64,000 nucleotides of DNA from Marsupella aquatica (GCA_973895155.1 OZ316891.1:248001-312000), one strand, 5' to 3'; numbered from the stretch's first letter, positions 21,333 through 34,502 are shown. Notes: generated by a model not told the origin, from the sequence alone. Numbers and translations are program-made.

Positions 21333-24300
21333 TTACTGTTTCCTGGTTCCTGTCGTTTGTAAATACCCCTCACAAAGGAACGAAGCGTATGCTTCCACAA
21401 AATGTCTCTCATGTTGAGAGTCACAATAAACAAAACATTCACGTTGAGAAAAAAGGGATGCCTTCATCACTTGACCGCCAGAGAAAAAGTCAAGAATCAA
21501 ATCCCCCAACTCGGACAGTGTTTGGATGATCTTTTGGATCATCCGTGTGGGTTTGGCGTGAGAATTCACCCACCCACCCCGAGCGCTGACAGTCTCAAAT
21601 CGAGGTGCCATGTGCAAAAGTATTGCCGCCTCTTTTGGGGTCATCATATTTCTTAGATCTTCATGCAATGACTCCTCATCCGCGTCCTTTGCCTTTCCCT
21701 TTCCCTTGACCTTCTCAACCACAAAATCAGTATCCTTTTCACCGTACACCCATTTTGGCTTCATCTGGTTGGGCTTGAACACTTCATCCCATCTGACGTT
21801 CTCTTTGCGAGAAATTCCCGCAAAGATAACTTCTTCTATTCCTCCCTTCCAACCCCGCTTCCAACATGAGTCGTGAGGGTGAGGTTGATCATCTCGGTAA
21901 TAACTCCCATACTCAATGTGAATAGTCAGAGTTTTTGAATGTCCTAATTTATGAAGAGCGCTTAGGACATTCAGTACAAGGTAACCCGGATGGACAGTTA
22001 TCATCACAACAATGGTGGGATTCCGTGGTAGCTTTACTATGTATTGGAAGAGTACCAAAATCTTTGCTTCGGTCCACTCTTTCTGTTGAAGTCGGCTGAA
22101 ATCAACAATTGCAAGAGGGCATGTTGGAGATTGTTCTTCCAACGACTCCGGATCCACTGTCTTCATTAGGTTGTTACTAAAAAATGTAACCCACGGTTGG
22201 GTCCGAGAACTTGTCCCACCGCCAAACTTCTGATAGTAAATATCATCTAGATGCATCACCAATGTCATTGGCAATATCTCACTCTCTTTTGTATGATTAG
22301 ACTTCAATAAATTTGTCAACCATACTTCACCAGCCGCTCTTCGGCACCTGTTCAACTCCGATTTGGCACCTAACAATGGGAGGACCTCAATTACTTTAAC
22401 CCAATCACTATCTGTTGGGAAGTTTTTTGGATCCTTCTTGAAGTAGTAATCTCCAATAAGAGACTTCAGTTTGATCAATATCTTCACCTCCTTTGCAAAG
22501 TCCTCCATTGCTGGAACATCTGACTTATTTGTCGGATCCTTCTTCAATAAAACCTAACCTGACTTCACCTTGTTCAAAATTCTGGTCAAATCTCTATTTG
22601 AGATTTCACCATCAAAACAACGAAACATTGCGACCGTTATACCCTTTTCAGACCTTTTGTTTCCCTGTGTACCACCTCCATCAGGAAGATGTCCATCAAT
22701 CCACATCTGGCACACTAACCGCCAGAGCTTGAAAAGATCATTCTCGGCAAAAAGCAACCAATATACATTTTTCAAGTCTTTTTTCCCCATGGTCATCCTT
22801 GCCAATGCCAAATAATCCTACAGTAAAAAATTAGGGGAAAATAAGTTATCTACAATCAATGAGATTTGACAACAAACTATCACTTGCTTGTTGGACAGAG
22901 ACCATCTCCATCCAAGTCATAACCAAAAGTAAAAGGAAGAGAAATCTCTAGAATGGACGATCACACTCTTGGACAGAGACCATCTCCATCCAAATCATAA
23001 CCAAAAATATATTGAACTAAAATCAATGTAACGGACGGTCACACTCTTGGACAGAGACCATCTCTGTCCAAACAAGAAAAATGTTTCTCACCTGAATTTT
23101 TTATTCTCTTGGGCGTTTGACTTGTTGTCCCCGTGCTTTGGCTTTCTTGGTGCTCCGCATTCAAGGAATTGCTTCCTTGCATGAACAATTGTATCTTTGA
23201 AGCACGATTGAAACACCATCGTCGAATTGATGGCATTTAATCTCATTGAGTGCTCAACCAATATCGCCGATGGTGTAAGGTCTCACAATAATCTAGACTT
23301 CCTATATTTTAACTTTTTTGCCAACACTGTCAGCTTGGCATTAGTTTTAGCCCATTCGAGAACCCACTTGGCCGCCCTAGCCAAATATTGCCCACTGATG
23401 GCAAAGAAACCAATCTCGCCTTTCTTCACTCCAGCAAGAAAGTCTTTGCGGTCGTTCTCCGTGCTGTCAAAATGGAGCAACTTTCTAAGCTTTGGATTAT
23501 AAGGAAGCAGGTCCGCGACGTGAGGTTCATGTCCAGGGTTTTTGACCATGGATTTAGCTATGTGCTTCACATGGGTACTACTGAGCATCCTGTAACATAA
23601 TCTTGCAGGTGCAGGCATATATAAATTTCTCCACTGGAATAGAAAACAGTTCATTTATCCCAAAAGTATAGTACTGCTCTATTCTCTGGAGAACATCATT
23701 TCCTTCTAAGACCTTCTCCTCAAGGGCATCAAGTTTATCTCCCTCATCTTCTGGGAGCATCTGTACGTCCGTAGGGGTTGATCCCACAAGAGACTTGTTA
23801 GTTTTATGTTTCTTCGCTACTGGCTTCTTCTCGGGTTCCTTCGGCAATAACTCAATTTTCTCGCGCTCCTTCCTCTCTCTTAGTCTTTGCTTCCCTACCA
23901 CTTGTTTGGTGCTTGTCCCAGCCGTTGTTCCTGCAGTCTCTGATGTTGTCTCCTGAGATATTTTTTAGGTTTGGGAACTTTGTTAACAACTACTGGAAGC
24001 TCGTTCACTGCTACTGGTGCAACATTTGTAGGCTTGTGTAATGATTCTACCCACTTTTTTGCATTATCCATCGCAAACTCCTCCGCAAATGCAATTTTCT
24101 TGTCAAGGCAAACACCTGATTCCGAAGATAGGAATCCTGTCTTGTCGAGCAAATTACTTAAAATCCATGTCACCGGAAATGTATAATTCCCTTGGTGTTT
24201 ATGGATATTCAACTTCACATATTGAAACCCATACATGATGTCAAGTGGAAGAATCCCCTTCACTCCAGCAATCACCTTTTGAGTTGAATACGACTTAGGG

Positions 24301-24342
24301 AAAAAGCCCATTGCCATCACGCCAAGTTCTCCAGCAGCAGAC
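21333..24342 (-). pseudogene. Second, divergent type of ParB-like + amino-methyltransferase-like gene, 5' end cut by an LTR
   Basis: The N-terminal part CYRMLSSTHVKHIAKSM...FFAISGQY is ParB/Srx-like (GxH position). The C-terminal NSHAKPTRMIQKIIQTLSELGDLILDFFSGG resembles motif X-I of beta-class N6/N4 MTases. There are several frameshifts and an intron at ~22820-23045. Confidence 0.6.
22891..23071. repeat. Three ~75-80 bp-spaced copies of TTGGACAGAGACCATCTC; the third forms an 11-bp hairpin
   Basis: Copies at ~22891, ~22969 and 23047. The third reads TTGGACAGAGA-CCA-TCTCTGTCCAA at 23047-23071. Confidence 0.75.
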
Positions 24343-27300
24343 TGTGATGCCTAGCCAGGAATCACTGGGCTAGTTTAAGGGGAAAAGGGAAGTGTACCCT
24401 AGAAACACCTTAGTATAGTTACATAAATAAGTAAAATATAAACAATTAAGGGTGACTATGGAACCCAAGCCGAGGCCGGAAGTAAGGACGCCAGGGGAGA
24501 GAACACGATTAGGGTTAGGGCACGCTAAGTGTCGGTGGCTAGGGGTAACCAACGGGAGGGAGAACCAGAGGAGGAGAAGGGTAAGTACCGCTCGCGAGGA
24601 ATAGTAGCTCATTTGCAAGCACGAACTGAGCAGGCGACTACGGGCGGCCAACTTCTGTCAACTGCTTAGGCAAGGGCTCAGGGTGGGAACAAATACCGAC
24701 TATCAACTCGAGAAGGGTATGAGCAACGTCAATCAAGCGGCACATTTTTGGGGATGCCTGTTCGAACGGGCAATTGAGTACATTGGGACTTACGAGGACG
24801 AAGAATCGGAGAGAGCAGCTCGAGAACAGCAGGAGCTCGCCCGATTGTGGGAGCTGCAAAAAGCTGCCTTCTTAGGAGGAGAACTCATCAAGGCTGAATT
24901 CCTGTGGATGCCTATTGGCAACGAGCTAGACGACCTGCTGTTTTGCGAAGACAAAGTCGTCGGCATCCGAGAAGCCATCAAACGCTGCAACGACATACAC
25001 TAGGAGTTGAAGGGTAGCACGGAGGGGTGGACAAAGGCAACCATGCTAGGAGAGACATCCACGGCAGCCGAGATGAAGAGGAAGGGGAACAACAACGAAG
25101 AGGCCACCCCGGCAAAAAGAACGAGGTCGGCGGCACCAAAGAAGCCAACAGAACAGCAGAGCAGGAGGCAGAGAGAAGCCGAGGAGGAGGAGGTCGACCC
25201 CATCAATGCCATTCCAACAAAAGATGACACTTGGAAAGGCTGGGCGGCGATTCTCCCCGAGGAAGTGTAATTATACTTTGCACGGGAGGAGGATGCATGC
25301 TTTACGCCTATGCAGACTCGGAAATACCAGGGCTTCATGGCCGGATCCGGCTTGGAAGCCTTCGTAAGGTTACCGTGGCTGAAGCCGAAGGTGCCGGATT
25401 CAGACTTACTAGAATTTGTGGGATCGTGGGAGTCCGAGACCAATTCCACAAGGGTGTATGGGAAGGATTTCTATCTCACTCCCCAGGTGATTGCCGAAGT
25501 GTTTGGCTTGCCGAAGGGCAATAAGACCAAGGTAGATACCAGGAAGACTTTGCCAGACAAGGAGTTCCGGTCGTTTCCCGGGCCTTCAACAAAGAATGGC
25601 TTCTTCCGAAACACCTGCACCAACCCGCATATAGGAGAGATGATCGAGTTCTTGCGGGTGACCATGCATTGCAACTGGCCGAGACCAGAGATTGGCAAGG
25701 CACAGGTCTATCTGGCAGAGAGGCCAGACCCAAGCCGGGACTACAATGGTTACCTCCTCACTCAACTAAAGAAGATCTTGAAGGAGGAACAGCTGGTGAT
25801 CGGCAAGGGAAGCGTGTCCCGGCTTGGCTATCACGTACCGCTACTATGCCGGTATGCCCGAAGTAAGACCTTTGCCCCGGTACTTCCCCTACAAGCAAGG
25901 GCACTAGAGGAGGTTCCGGAACAGAGGCCGACAATGGAGAAACCCAACCCGCCCGACAGTCCTACAATCGAGCAGGTGTTTAGGCCAAGGACGGAGGACT
26001 TGCCGATGCAGCAACCAGGCATGCAGAATCTGCTGAAATTGCTGGAGAAGGAAAAGAGAACGGCAACGGCAACGACAACGGCACCAATGCAGGACACTGC
26101 TCCAGAGGTAGGCCTAAGCCGGCTTACAAGGGAAAACCCCTTTATTGGAGTCAAGGAGAGAGGGAGGCCGGAACACGAGCCGGGAGTCCGGATGTATGTA
26201 GGAGCCTCAAGTCCCGAAGCCGAGGAAAAGCAGGTCGTAGCTCCCGGCCACGACAAGGAGAACAAGAGATCAACACAGAAGCCGGAGGAGGAACCAAGAC
26301 CGGTGAGAGGTGAAGCCGTGTTCACGACAAAACCAGGAGAACAGCGGGAGAAGCCGGTAGTCCAAGCCGAGGAGGAGGCGGTAGAGGACTACAGCAATGA
26401 TGACTCCGGCTACGGGTCGGATCATCATGTTCCAGGAGTAAGGACCTGTGGCCGGTTCATCCCCACGCTCCCAAGAGTAGTTCGAGGAGACCCAAGCCAG
26501 TAGAGCAGCCCCGAGTCTCCCCCACCAGATGTCGCTCCCCCGAGCTTTGACGGCATAAAACAGACGGCGCAGGAATTTCAGGAGCAAATCAGGGAGGAAG
26601 AGGAGGCACCCCTGGCTAGGGAAAAGGATTTACCAGGAGGAGAATGGCCAGAGGACATCAGGCGGCTTGCAGAAAAACGAAGCAACCCTCTTGCCACCGT
26701 AGAAGAAATCCGCAAGACGGCTTGGGAGTAGAGGCCGCAGTGGTTGATGCCGATGACTTCTAGTTACTCCACCTATGCTAAGGATAGAGCCATGGAGTAC
26801 GGGGAAATGTGTGGAGAGCTGGCGCTCAACATCTTTGGGGAGGAGTTGGAGCAAGGACCCTTTTTCAGAGGGAGATGTTGGAGAAGCGCCAATTAGAAGA
26901 AGCGGTGGCTTTGGAAAGAAGCAAGAAGGACAAGGTCATCCGTCGGCTTAGGGCAAGGGAAGCCAAAATCAAAGACCTGAGGGCGGCCAAGAAAGCCCAA
27001 GATGAGCTGCGGATTAAGCGGCATGAGCTAAATATCATGCAGGGCCAATTGGATACCGCACAGTCTGATAATCGGATTATCAAGAATAAACTGACTTGAA
27101 CCCAAGGAGAGTTGGCCGATGCGATCAAGGAGCGAGAGAAGTGGAAGCGAGAACTGAGGGATGCAGAGGAGGCCCACACAACAACCAACAACCGGGCCAT
27201 GGCGGAGACCCAGAGGAAGGAAAGGGCATTGAAGGGGGAGCTCGAGGTTATCCGCGGAGCCCTTGAGAAGAAGGAGGCCGAGTTAGGGAAATCCTATCAA

Positions 27301-27645
27301 AGGATTATTGCGCTGCAGCAGGAGCTTGCATCCCTGACGGCCAGCTTCAAAGCCGACCTGCGTGAGAAGGACAATATGCTCGATCAGACTTACGCCAAGA
27401 TGAACCAGATGGAGTCTGTCATCATTGCAGAGCTCGACAAGGAGTTAAGAGCGACCCGGGAGGAGAGAGCTGCGTTTAAAAAGGAATTGGAGGAAGCCCA
27501 GAAGGAGCTGGAGGAGGCGCGCAAGGACCTGGACGAAGTGCAGGAATAGTTGGAGGAATGCACGCGGAAGCTAGAGAACTTACAACGACGAGCCGACAAC
27601 CAAACGGAGCAGCTGAAGAAACAAGCCGCAGTATTTAAGTGCTTG
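24343..27645 (+). mobile_element. 5' part of a subfamily-B giant LTR with a decayed LTR ORF, cut by a nested family-A LTR
   Basis: Starts TGTGATGCCTAGCCAGG and is colinear with the LTR at 51487. ORF pieces at 24683-27549 carry stops. Confidence 0.9.
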
Positions 27646-29809
27646 TGTGATGCCTAGACAGGAATCACTCGGCCAGTTAAGTGGGTAAAGCAGGAAGGCA
27701 CCCTAGGAACACCTTAGTATAGGGACAAAACAAGGAAAATATAAACAATTAGGGGCAACCATGGAACCCGGGCCGAGGCCGGAGGTAAGAACGCTGAGGG
27801 TGAAAACTCGATTAGGGTTAGGGCACGTTAAGCGTCGGCGGCTAGGAAGGATCAACGGGAAGAAGGACTGGTAGAGGAGAGGGGTAAGGAGCGCTTGCAG
27901 GAGATGGTGGCTCATTTGCGAGCACGAACTAGGCAGACGACTACGGGAGGCCAACTACTGTCAGCTGCTTAGGCAAGCACTTGGGGAGAGAGTAGATACC
28001 GACGATCGACCTAAGGAGGGTATGAGCAACGTCAATCAAGCGGCACATTTCTGGGGATGCCTGTTCGAACGGGCAACTGAGTACATCAAGACTTACGAGG
28101 ACGAGGAATCAGAAAGGGCAGCTCGCTCGATTATGGGAGCTACAGAAGACGGCTTTCTTAGGAGGCGAACTCATCAAGGACGAGTTCCTGTGGACGCCTA
28201 CTTCCAATCAACTCGACGATCTTCTGTTTTGCAAAGACAGCGTCGTCGGCATCCGAGAGGCCATCAAGAACTGCAACGACATACACTGGGAATTAAAGGG
28301 TAGCACGGAAAGGTGGACCCAAGCAACGGTGCTAGGAGAAACCTCCACGGCAGCAGAGATGAAGAGGAAGGGAGCCGTCAACGATGAAGCCACCCCGACA
28401 AAAAGAACGAGGTCGGCGGCACCAAAGAAGCCAGCCGAGCAGCAGAGCAGGAGGCAGGGAGAAGCCAAAGAGGAGGAGGTCGATCCCATCAAGGCCATTC
28501 CAACCAGGGATGACACCTGGAAGGGCTGGGCGGCAACCCTACCGGTGGAGGTGCAACTACATTTTGCACGGGAGGAGGATGCATGCTTTACGGCCATGCA
28601 GACCAAGAAGTACCAAGGCTTCATGGCCGGATCCGGCTTAGAGGCCTTTGTAAGATTACCATGGCTGAAGCCGGAGGTACCGGAGTCAGACCTATTAGAA
28701 TTCGTGGGGTCATGGGAACCCGAGACCAATTGCACGAGGATATATGGGAAGGATTTCTATCTTACTCCCAAAGTAATTGCCGAAGTGTTTGGCTTGCCGA
28801 TAGGCAATAAGACCAAAGTTGATACCAGGAAGACCTTGCCTGACAAGGAGTTCCGGTCGTTCCCTGGGCCATCAACGAAGAATGGCTTCTTCCGGAACAC
28901 CTGCACCAACCCGCACATAGGAGAGATGATCGACTTCTTGCGGGTGACCATGCATTGTAACTTGCCGAGGGCAGAGATCGGCAAGGCACAGGTCTATCTG
29001 GCAGAGAGGCCAGACCCAAGCCGGGACTACAACGGGTACCTCCTCAACCAATTGAAGAAGATCTTAAAGGAGGAGCAGCAGGTAATCGGCATGGGGAGCG
29101 TGTCGCGGCTTGGCTATCACATGCCGCTGTTGTGCCGGTATGCCAGAGGTCAGACTTTTGCCCCAGTACTTCCCCTGTAGGTAAGGGCACCCAAGGAAGC
29201 TCCAACGCCGAGGCCGTTGGCTAAGAAGCCTCAACCACCTGTTAGCCCTACGATCGAGCAGGTGTTTAGGCCCAGGAAGGAGGACTTGCCGATGCAGCAA
29301 CCAGGCATGCAGAGTCTGCTGAAACTACTGGAGAAAGAAAAGAGATCGGCATCGGCAACGACCACGGCAACGGCAACAATGCAGGACACTACTACAGAGG
29401 TAGGCCTACACCGGCTCACAAGAGAAAACCCCTTTGCTGGAGACAAGGAGAGAATCAGGCCGGAATCCAAGCCAGGTGTTCGAATGTATGTGGGAGTCTC
29501 AAGCTTCGAATCTGAGGCAGAATTGCCTGAAGCTCCTACCGACAAAGAGGAGAGGGAGAAGCCGGACGTCCAAGAAGTAGAGGAGGCAGTGGAGGACTGC
29601 AGCCATGATAATTCTGGCTATGGGTCGGACCATCACGTTCCAAGAGTAAGGACCTGTGGCCGGTTTGTCCCCACACTTCCAAGGGTAGTGCGAGGGGACC
29701 CCAACCAGCAGAGTAGCCCTGAGTCTCCCCCACCAGATGTTGCTCCCCCGAGCTTTGACGGCATAAAACAGACGGCGCAGGAATTTCAGGAGCGAATCAG
29801 GTAGGAAGA
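27646..29809 (+). mobile_element. 5' part of a family-A giant LTR, cut by the next nested LTR
   Basis: Starts TGTGATGCCTAGACAGG at 27646. It is colinear with the first ~2.15 kb of the LTR, and its ORF is broken by a small deletion and stops. Confidence 0.9.
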
Positions 29810-32800
29810 TGTGATGCCTAGACAGGAATCACTCGGCCGGTTAAGTGGGTAAAGCAGGAAGGCACCCTAGGAACACCTTAGTATAGTGACAAAACAAGGA
29901 AAATATAAACAATTAGGGGCAACAATGGAACCCGGGCAGAGGCCGGAGGTAAGGCTGAGGGTGAAAACCCGATTAGGGTTAGGGCGCGTTAAGCGTCGGC
30001 GGCTAGGAAGGATCAACGGGAAGAAGGACCGGCAGAGGAGAGGGGTAAGGAGCGCTTGCAGGAGATGGTGGCTCATTTGCGAGCACGAACTAGGCAGACG
30101 ACTACGGGAGGCCAACTACTGTCAGCTGCTTAGGCAAGCACTCGGGGAGAGAATTGATACCGACGATCGACCTAAGGAGGGTATGAGCAACGTCAATCAA
30201 GCGGCACATTTCTGGGGATGCCTGTTCGAACGGGCAACTGAGTACATCAAGACTTACGAGGACGAGGAGTCAGAAAGGGCAGCTCGAGAACGGCAGGAGC
30301 TCGCTCGATTGTGGGAGCTGCACAAGACGGCTTTCTTAGGAGGCGAACTCATCAAGGACGAGTTCCTGTGGACGCCTACTTCCAATCAACTCGACGATCT
30401 TCTGTTTTGCAAAGACAGCGTCGTCGGCATCCGAGAGGCCATCAAGAACTGCAACGACATACACTGGGAATTAAAGGGTAGCACGGAAAGGTGGACCCAG
30501 GCAACGGTGCTAGGAGAAACCTCCACGGCAGCAGAGATGAAGAGGAAGGGGGCCGTCAACGATGAAGCCACCCCGGCAAAAAGAACGAGGTCGGCGGCAC
30601 CAAAGAGGCCAGCCGAGCAGCAGAGCAGGAGGCAGGGAGAAGCCGAAGAGGAGGAGGTCGATCCCATCAAGGCCATTCCAACCAGGGATGACACCTGGAA
30701 GGGCTGGGCGGCAACCCTACCGGTGGAGGTGCAACTACATTTTGCACGGGAGGAGGATGCATGCTTTACGGCCATGCAGACCAAGAAGTACCAAGGCTTC
30801 ATGGCCGGATCCGGCTTGGAGGCCTTTGTAAGATTACCATGGCTGAAGCCGGAGGTACCGGAGTCAGACCTATTAGAATTCGTGGGGTCATGGGAACCCG
30901 AGACCAATTGCACGAGGATATATGGGAAGGATTTCTATCTTACTCCCAAGGTAATTGCCGAAGTGTTTGGCTTGCCGATGGGCAATAAGACCAAAGTTGA
31001 TACCAGGAAGACCTTGCCTGACAAGGAGTTCCGGTCATTCCCCGGGTCATCAACGAAGAATGGCTTCTTCCGGAACACCTGCACCAACCCGCACATAGGA
31101 GAGATGATCGACTTCTTGCGGGTGACCATGCATTGTAACTTGCCGAGGGCAGAGATCGGCAAGGCACAGGTCTATCTGGCAGAAAGGCCAGACCCAAGCC
31201 GGGACTACAACGGGTACCTCCTCAACCAATTGAAGAAGATCTTAAAGGAGGAGCAGTAGGTAATCGGCATGGGGAGCGTGTCGCGGCTTGGCTATCACAT
31301 GCCGCTGTTGTGCCGGTATGCCAGAGGTCAGACTTTTGCCCCGGTACTTCCCCTGCAGGTAAGGGCACCCGAGGAAGCTCCAACACCGAGGCCGTTGGCT
31401 GAGAAGCCTCAACCACCTGTTAGTCCTACGATCGAGCAGGTGTTTAGGCCCAGGAAGGAAGACTTGCCGATGCAGCAACCAGGCATGCAGAGTCTGCTGA
31501 AACTACTGGAGAAAGAAAAGAAATCGGCATTGGCAACAACAACGGCAACGGCAACAATGCAGGACACTACTACAGAGGTAGGCCTACACCGGCTCACAAG
31601 AGAAAACCCCTTTGCTGGAGACAAGGAGAGAATCAGGCCGGAATCCAAGCCAGGTGTTCGAATGTACGTGGGAACCTCAAGCTCCGAATCTGAGGCAGAA
31701 TTGCCTGAAGCTCCTACCGAGGAAGAGGAGAGGGAGAAGCCGGAAATCCAAGAGGTAGAGGAGGCAGTGGAGGACTGCAGCCATGATAATTCCGGCTATG
31801 GGTCGGACCATCACGTTCCAGGAGTAAGGACCTGTGGCCGGTTTGTCCCCACACTTCCAAGGGTAGTGCGAGGGGACCCCAACCAGCAGAGTAGCCCTGA
31901 GTCTCCCCCACCAGATGTTGCTCCCCCGAGCTTCGACGGCATAAAACAGACGGTGCAGGAATTTCAGGAGCGAATCAAGCAGGAGGAAGAGGCCGCCCTG
32001 GCTAAGGAAAAGGATTTACCAGGAGGAGATTGGCCGGAGGACATCAGGCGGCTAGCCAAAAAAGGAAGCAAACCTCTAGCCACGATTGAAGAGATCCGCA
32101 GGACGGCTTGGGAGCAGAGGCCACGATGGGCGATGCCGATCACTTCTACTTACTCCACCTACGCTAAGAATAGAGCCATGGAGTATGGTGAGATGTGTGG
32201 GGAACTTGCGCTCGGCATCTTTGGAGAGGAGTTGGAGGTAGGACCCTTTTTCCATAGGGAGCAGTTGGAGAAGCACCAATTAGAAGAAGCGGTGGCTTTA
32301 GAGAGAAGCAAGAAGGACGAGGTCATTCGGCGACTTAGGAGGATGGGAGCCGAGATTGAAGATCTAAGGGCGGCCAAGAAAGCCCAAGATGAACTGCGGA
32401 TTAAACGACATGAGCTGAACATCATGCAGGGGCAGTTGGACGCCGCGCAGGCTGATAATCAGAATATCAAGGATAAACTGACTCAGACGCAGGAAGAGTT
32501 GGCCGACACGATCAAAGAAAGGGAAAAGTGGAAGCAAGAGCTGAAGAATACAGAGGAGGCCCACATAACAGCCAACAGCCGGGCCATGGCGGAGACCCAA
32601 AGAAAGGAATGGGCGTTGAAAGGGGAGCTCGAGAAAATCCGCGGAGCCCTTGAGCAGAAGGAGGTTGAGTTAGGGAAATCCTATCAAGGGATTATGGCGC
32701 TGCAGCAGGAGCTTGCGTCCCTGACGGCCAGCTTCAAGGCCGACCTAAGGGAGAAGGACGAGATGCTCGAACAGACTTACGCCAAGATGAACCAGATGGA

Positions 32801-34433
32801 GTCTGTCATCATTGCAGAGCTCGACAAGGAGCTAAGAGCAACCCAGGAGGAGAAGGCTACCTTGAAGAAGGAATTGGAGGAAGCCCACAGGGAGCAGGAG
32901 GAGGCCAAAAACGAGCTGGAGGGGGCACGTAAGGACCTGGATGAAACCCAAGAGGAGTTGGAGGAAATCACGAGGAAGATGGAGAACCTACAGCGGCGGG
33001 CCGACAACCAAACAGAGCGGCTGAAGAAACAAGCCGCAGTATTTAAATGCTTAGCTGCAGCAGGTCCATCTCCTGTTGGGACAAACCAGTTACCAGGGGT
33101 GGTAATTGCCGAAGGACAAGCCGCGCCACCTGCACCAGTGCCGGAGGTAAGTGGGAAGGGGAAGGGACCAGCTGCCGAGCCACCAACGAAGAAGAAGCGG
33201 AAACCTTCAGGGTCAAGGAGTAATACGACTTCACAGGTCGTGGTGATCAAGGAGGTAGACCCAGCACCGACCCCAGACAGGGTCACGGCTAAGGATCCAA
33301 CTACCCTAGGGGAAGGGGAGGCCGAAGCCGTGGGGTTGGCTGAAGCCGAAGCCGTGGGAGTTGTCGAGGCTGAAGCCGAAGGTGGACCCAGTCAGGCCGA
33401 TGGAGAGTTGACTCGGTCAAGGGCAGGTAATCTGTCAGTAGGCGGGCCAACGGCAGTGGCTGAGGAGGAAGTGTTGGGGGCATCCATTGAGGATCCACCA
33501 CCGGTGTCGTGACGGTGCAAGGGCGCCGTTCCTTTTAGGGAGGGCGGACGTGGAGGGAGGAGGCGTGAGTGGGCAGGGCGGGCACGGATCTCCACGTTTA
33601 GGATTAGGATCAGAACCAGGAGCGGCCCTGACACTTAGCTTAGTGGGATTGCGGTCCCACTGGTAGGAGCAACACTTGTGCTCCTGCCTTGCTGTACATA
33701 GGTAGATTTGGGCAAGTAGATTACTGTTAAGTAGATTAGGCTTACGATGCAAAGAATGGCGGATCCACTACCAGGATAAGTACCTGGGCAGCGGGGAGCT
33801 CAGGGCCTCTTCTTTAGCAAGTTTTTAGTTTGCACCAGCCGGGCTGGGATCAAGTAGTACGAGAAGCTCTCGGTTAGTCATACAGTGACCCTTGTGTATA
33901 TTCATGTTTCCTCATGCCTAAGAGCTGAATAGAGTTGGCCTCACGGCTTAGTTCGCAGAACTTGTGTATGAGATGTACTGTTTGTATGGCAAGTGCATGG
34001 TATGACTCAGTCAGAATGAGTCATTTTGCTATTTGTGTGTCGCATTAACTTGTGTGAAGAGTGCCCACATCAACAGAAGGAAGGAAAGTAAGCAGGGGAG
34101 TGAGAGTTGGATGTGTCGAGCTGAGAGAGGTCTTAGCGGCTTAACCAAGCCTATTGGGGATCATTCCGGCGGCGGAATCCAAACATACCTAACAAGACGG
34201 AGGGGAAGACAGGGGAAGACAGGGGAAGGCCTATATTAGGCCGGCTACGTATCTCATGACCCGATGAAGGATCTGTCCAGTATATGTGTGTAAAATGTTA
34301 ATAGTAGTAGTAGAAGGTTAGCAGCGTCCCATGCCGCTAAGCCGCGGAAACGGCCTCGCCAAGCACGAAACCTGCGGGAATCGGCTTGAGCTGGGGGGTT
34401 TCTTGGGTTTAGGGAGCCATGGGACGCACCACA
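29810..34433 (+). repeat. 5' LTR (4624 bp)
   Basis: TG...CA ends, direct repeat of 40658-45329, followed by the PBS. Confidence 0.95.
29886..33512 (+). pseudogene. LTR-encoded ORF, 5' LTR copy with one premature stop
   Basis: Same protein as 8833-12483. CAG>TAG at 31257-31259 splits it into 457-aa and 747-aa ORFs in one frame. Confidence 0.9.
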
Positions 34434-34437
34434 TTTT

Positions 34438-34455
34438 TGGCGCTAGATGGAGGGG
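34438..34455 (+). promoter_or_regulatory. Primer-binding site, likely tRNA-Asn
   Basis: TGGCGCTAGATGGAGGGG lies 4 nt after the LTR and is identical at 56661. It resembles the complement of the plant tRNA-Asn 3' end (...CCCCTCCTTCTAGCGCCA, from memory). Confidence 0.75.
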
Positions 34456-34502
34456 GCATTTCTTAAGCCGTGAGATATGAAGTTAGAACGGAAGCGTAGG
34501 TA

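Noticed and set aside
1-24342. Terminal inverted repeats/TSD of the Mutator-like element
   Set aside because: I could not identify termini by eye, so the element's boundaries remain undefined.
34438-34446. PBS TGGCGCTAG resembles half of the dispersed palindrome
   Set aside because: Fully explained by tRNA 3'-end complementarity; the other half of the palindrome is absent.
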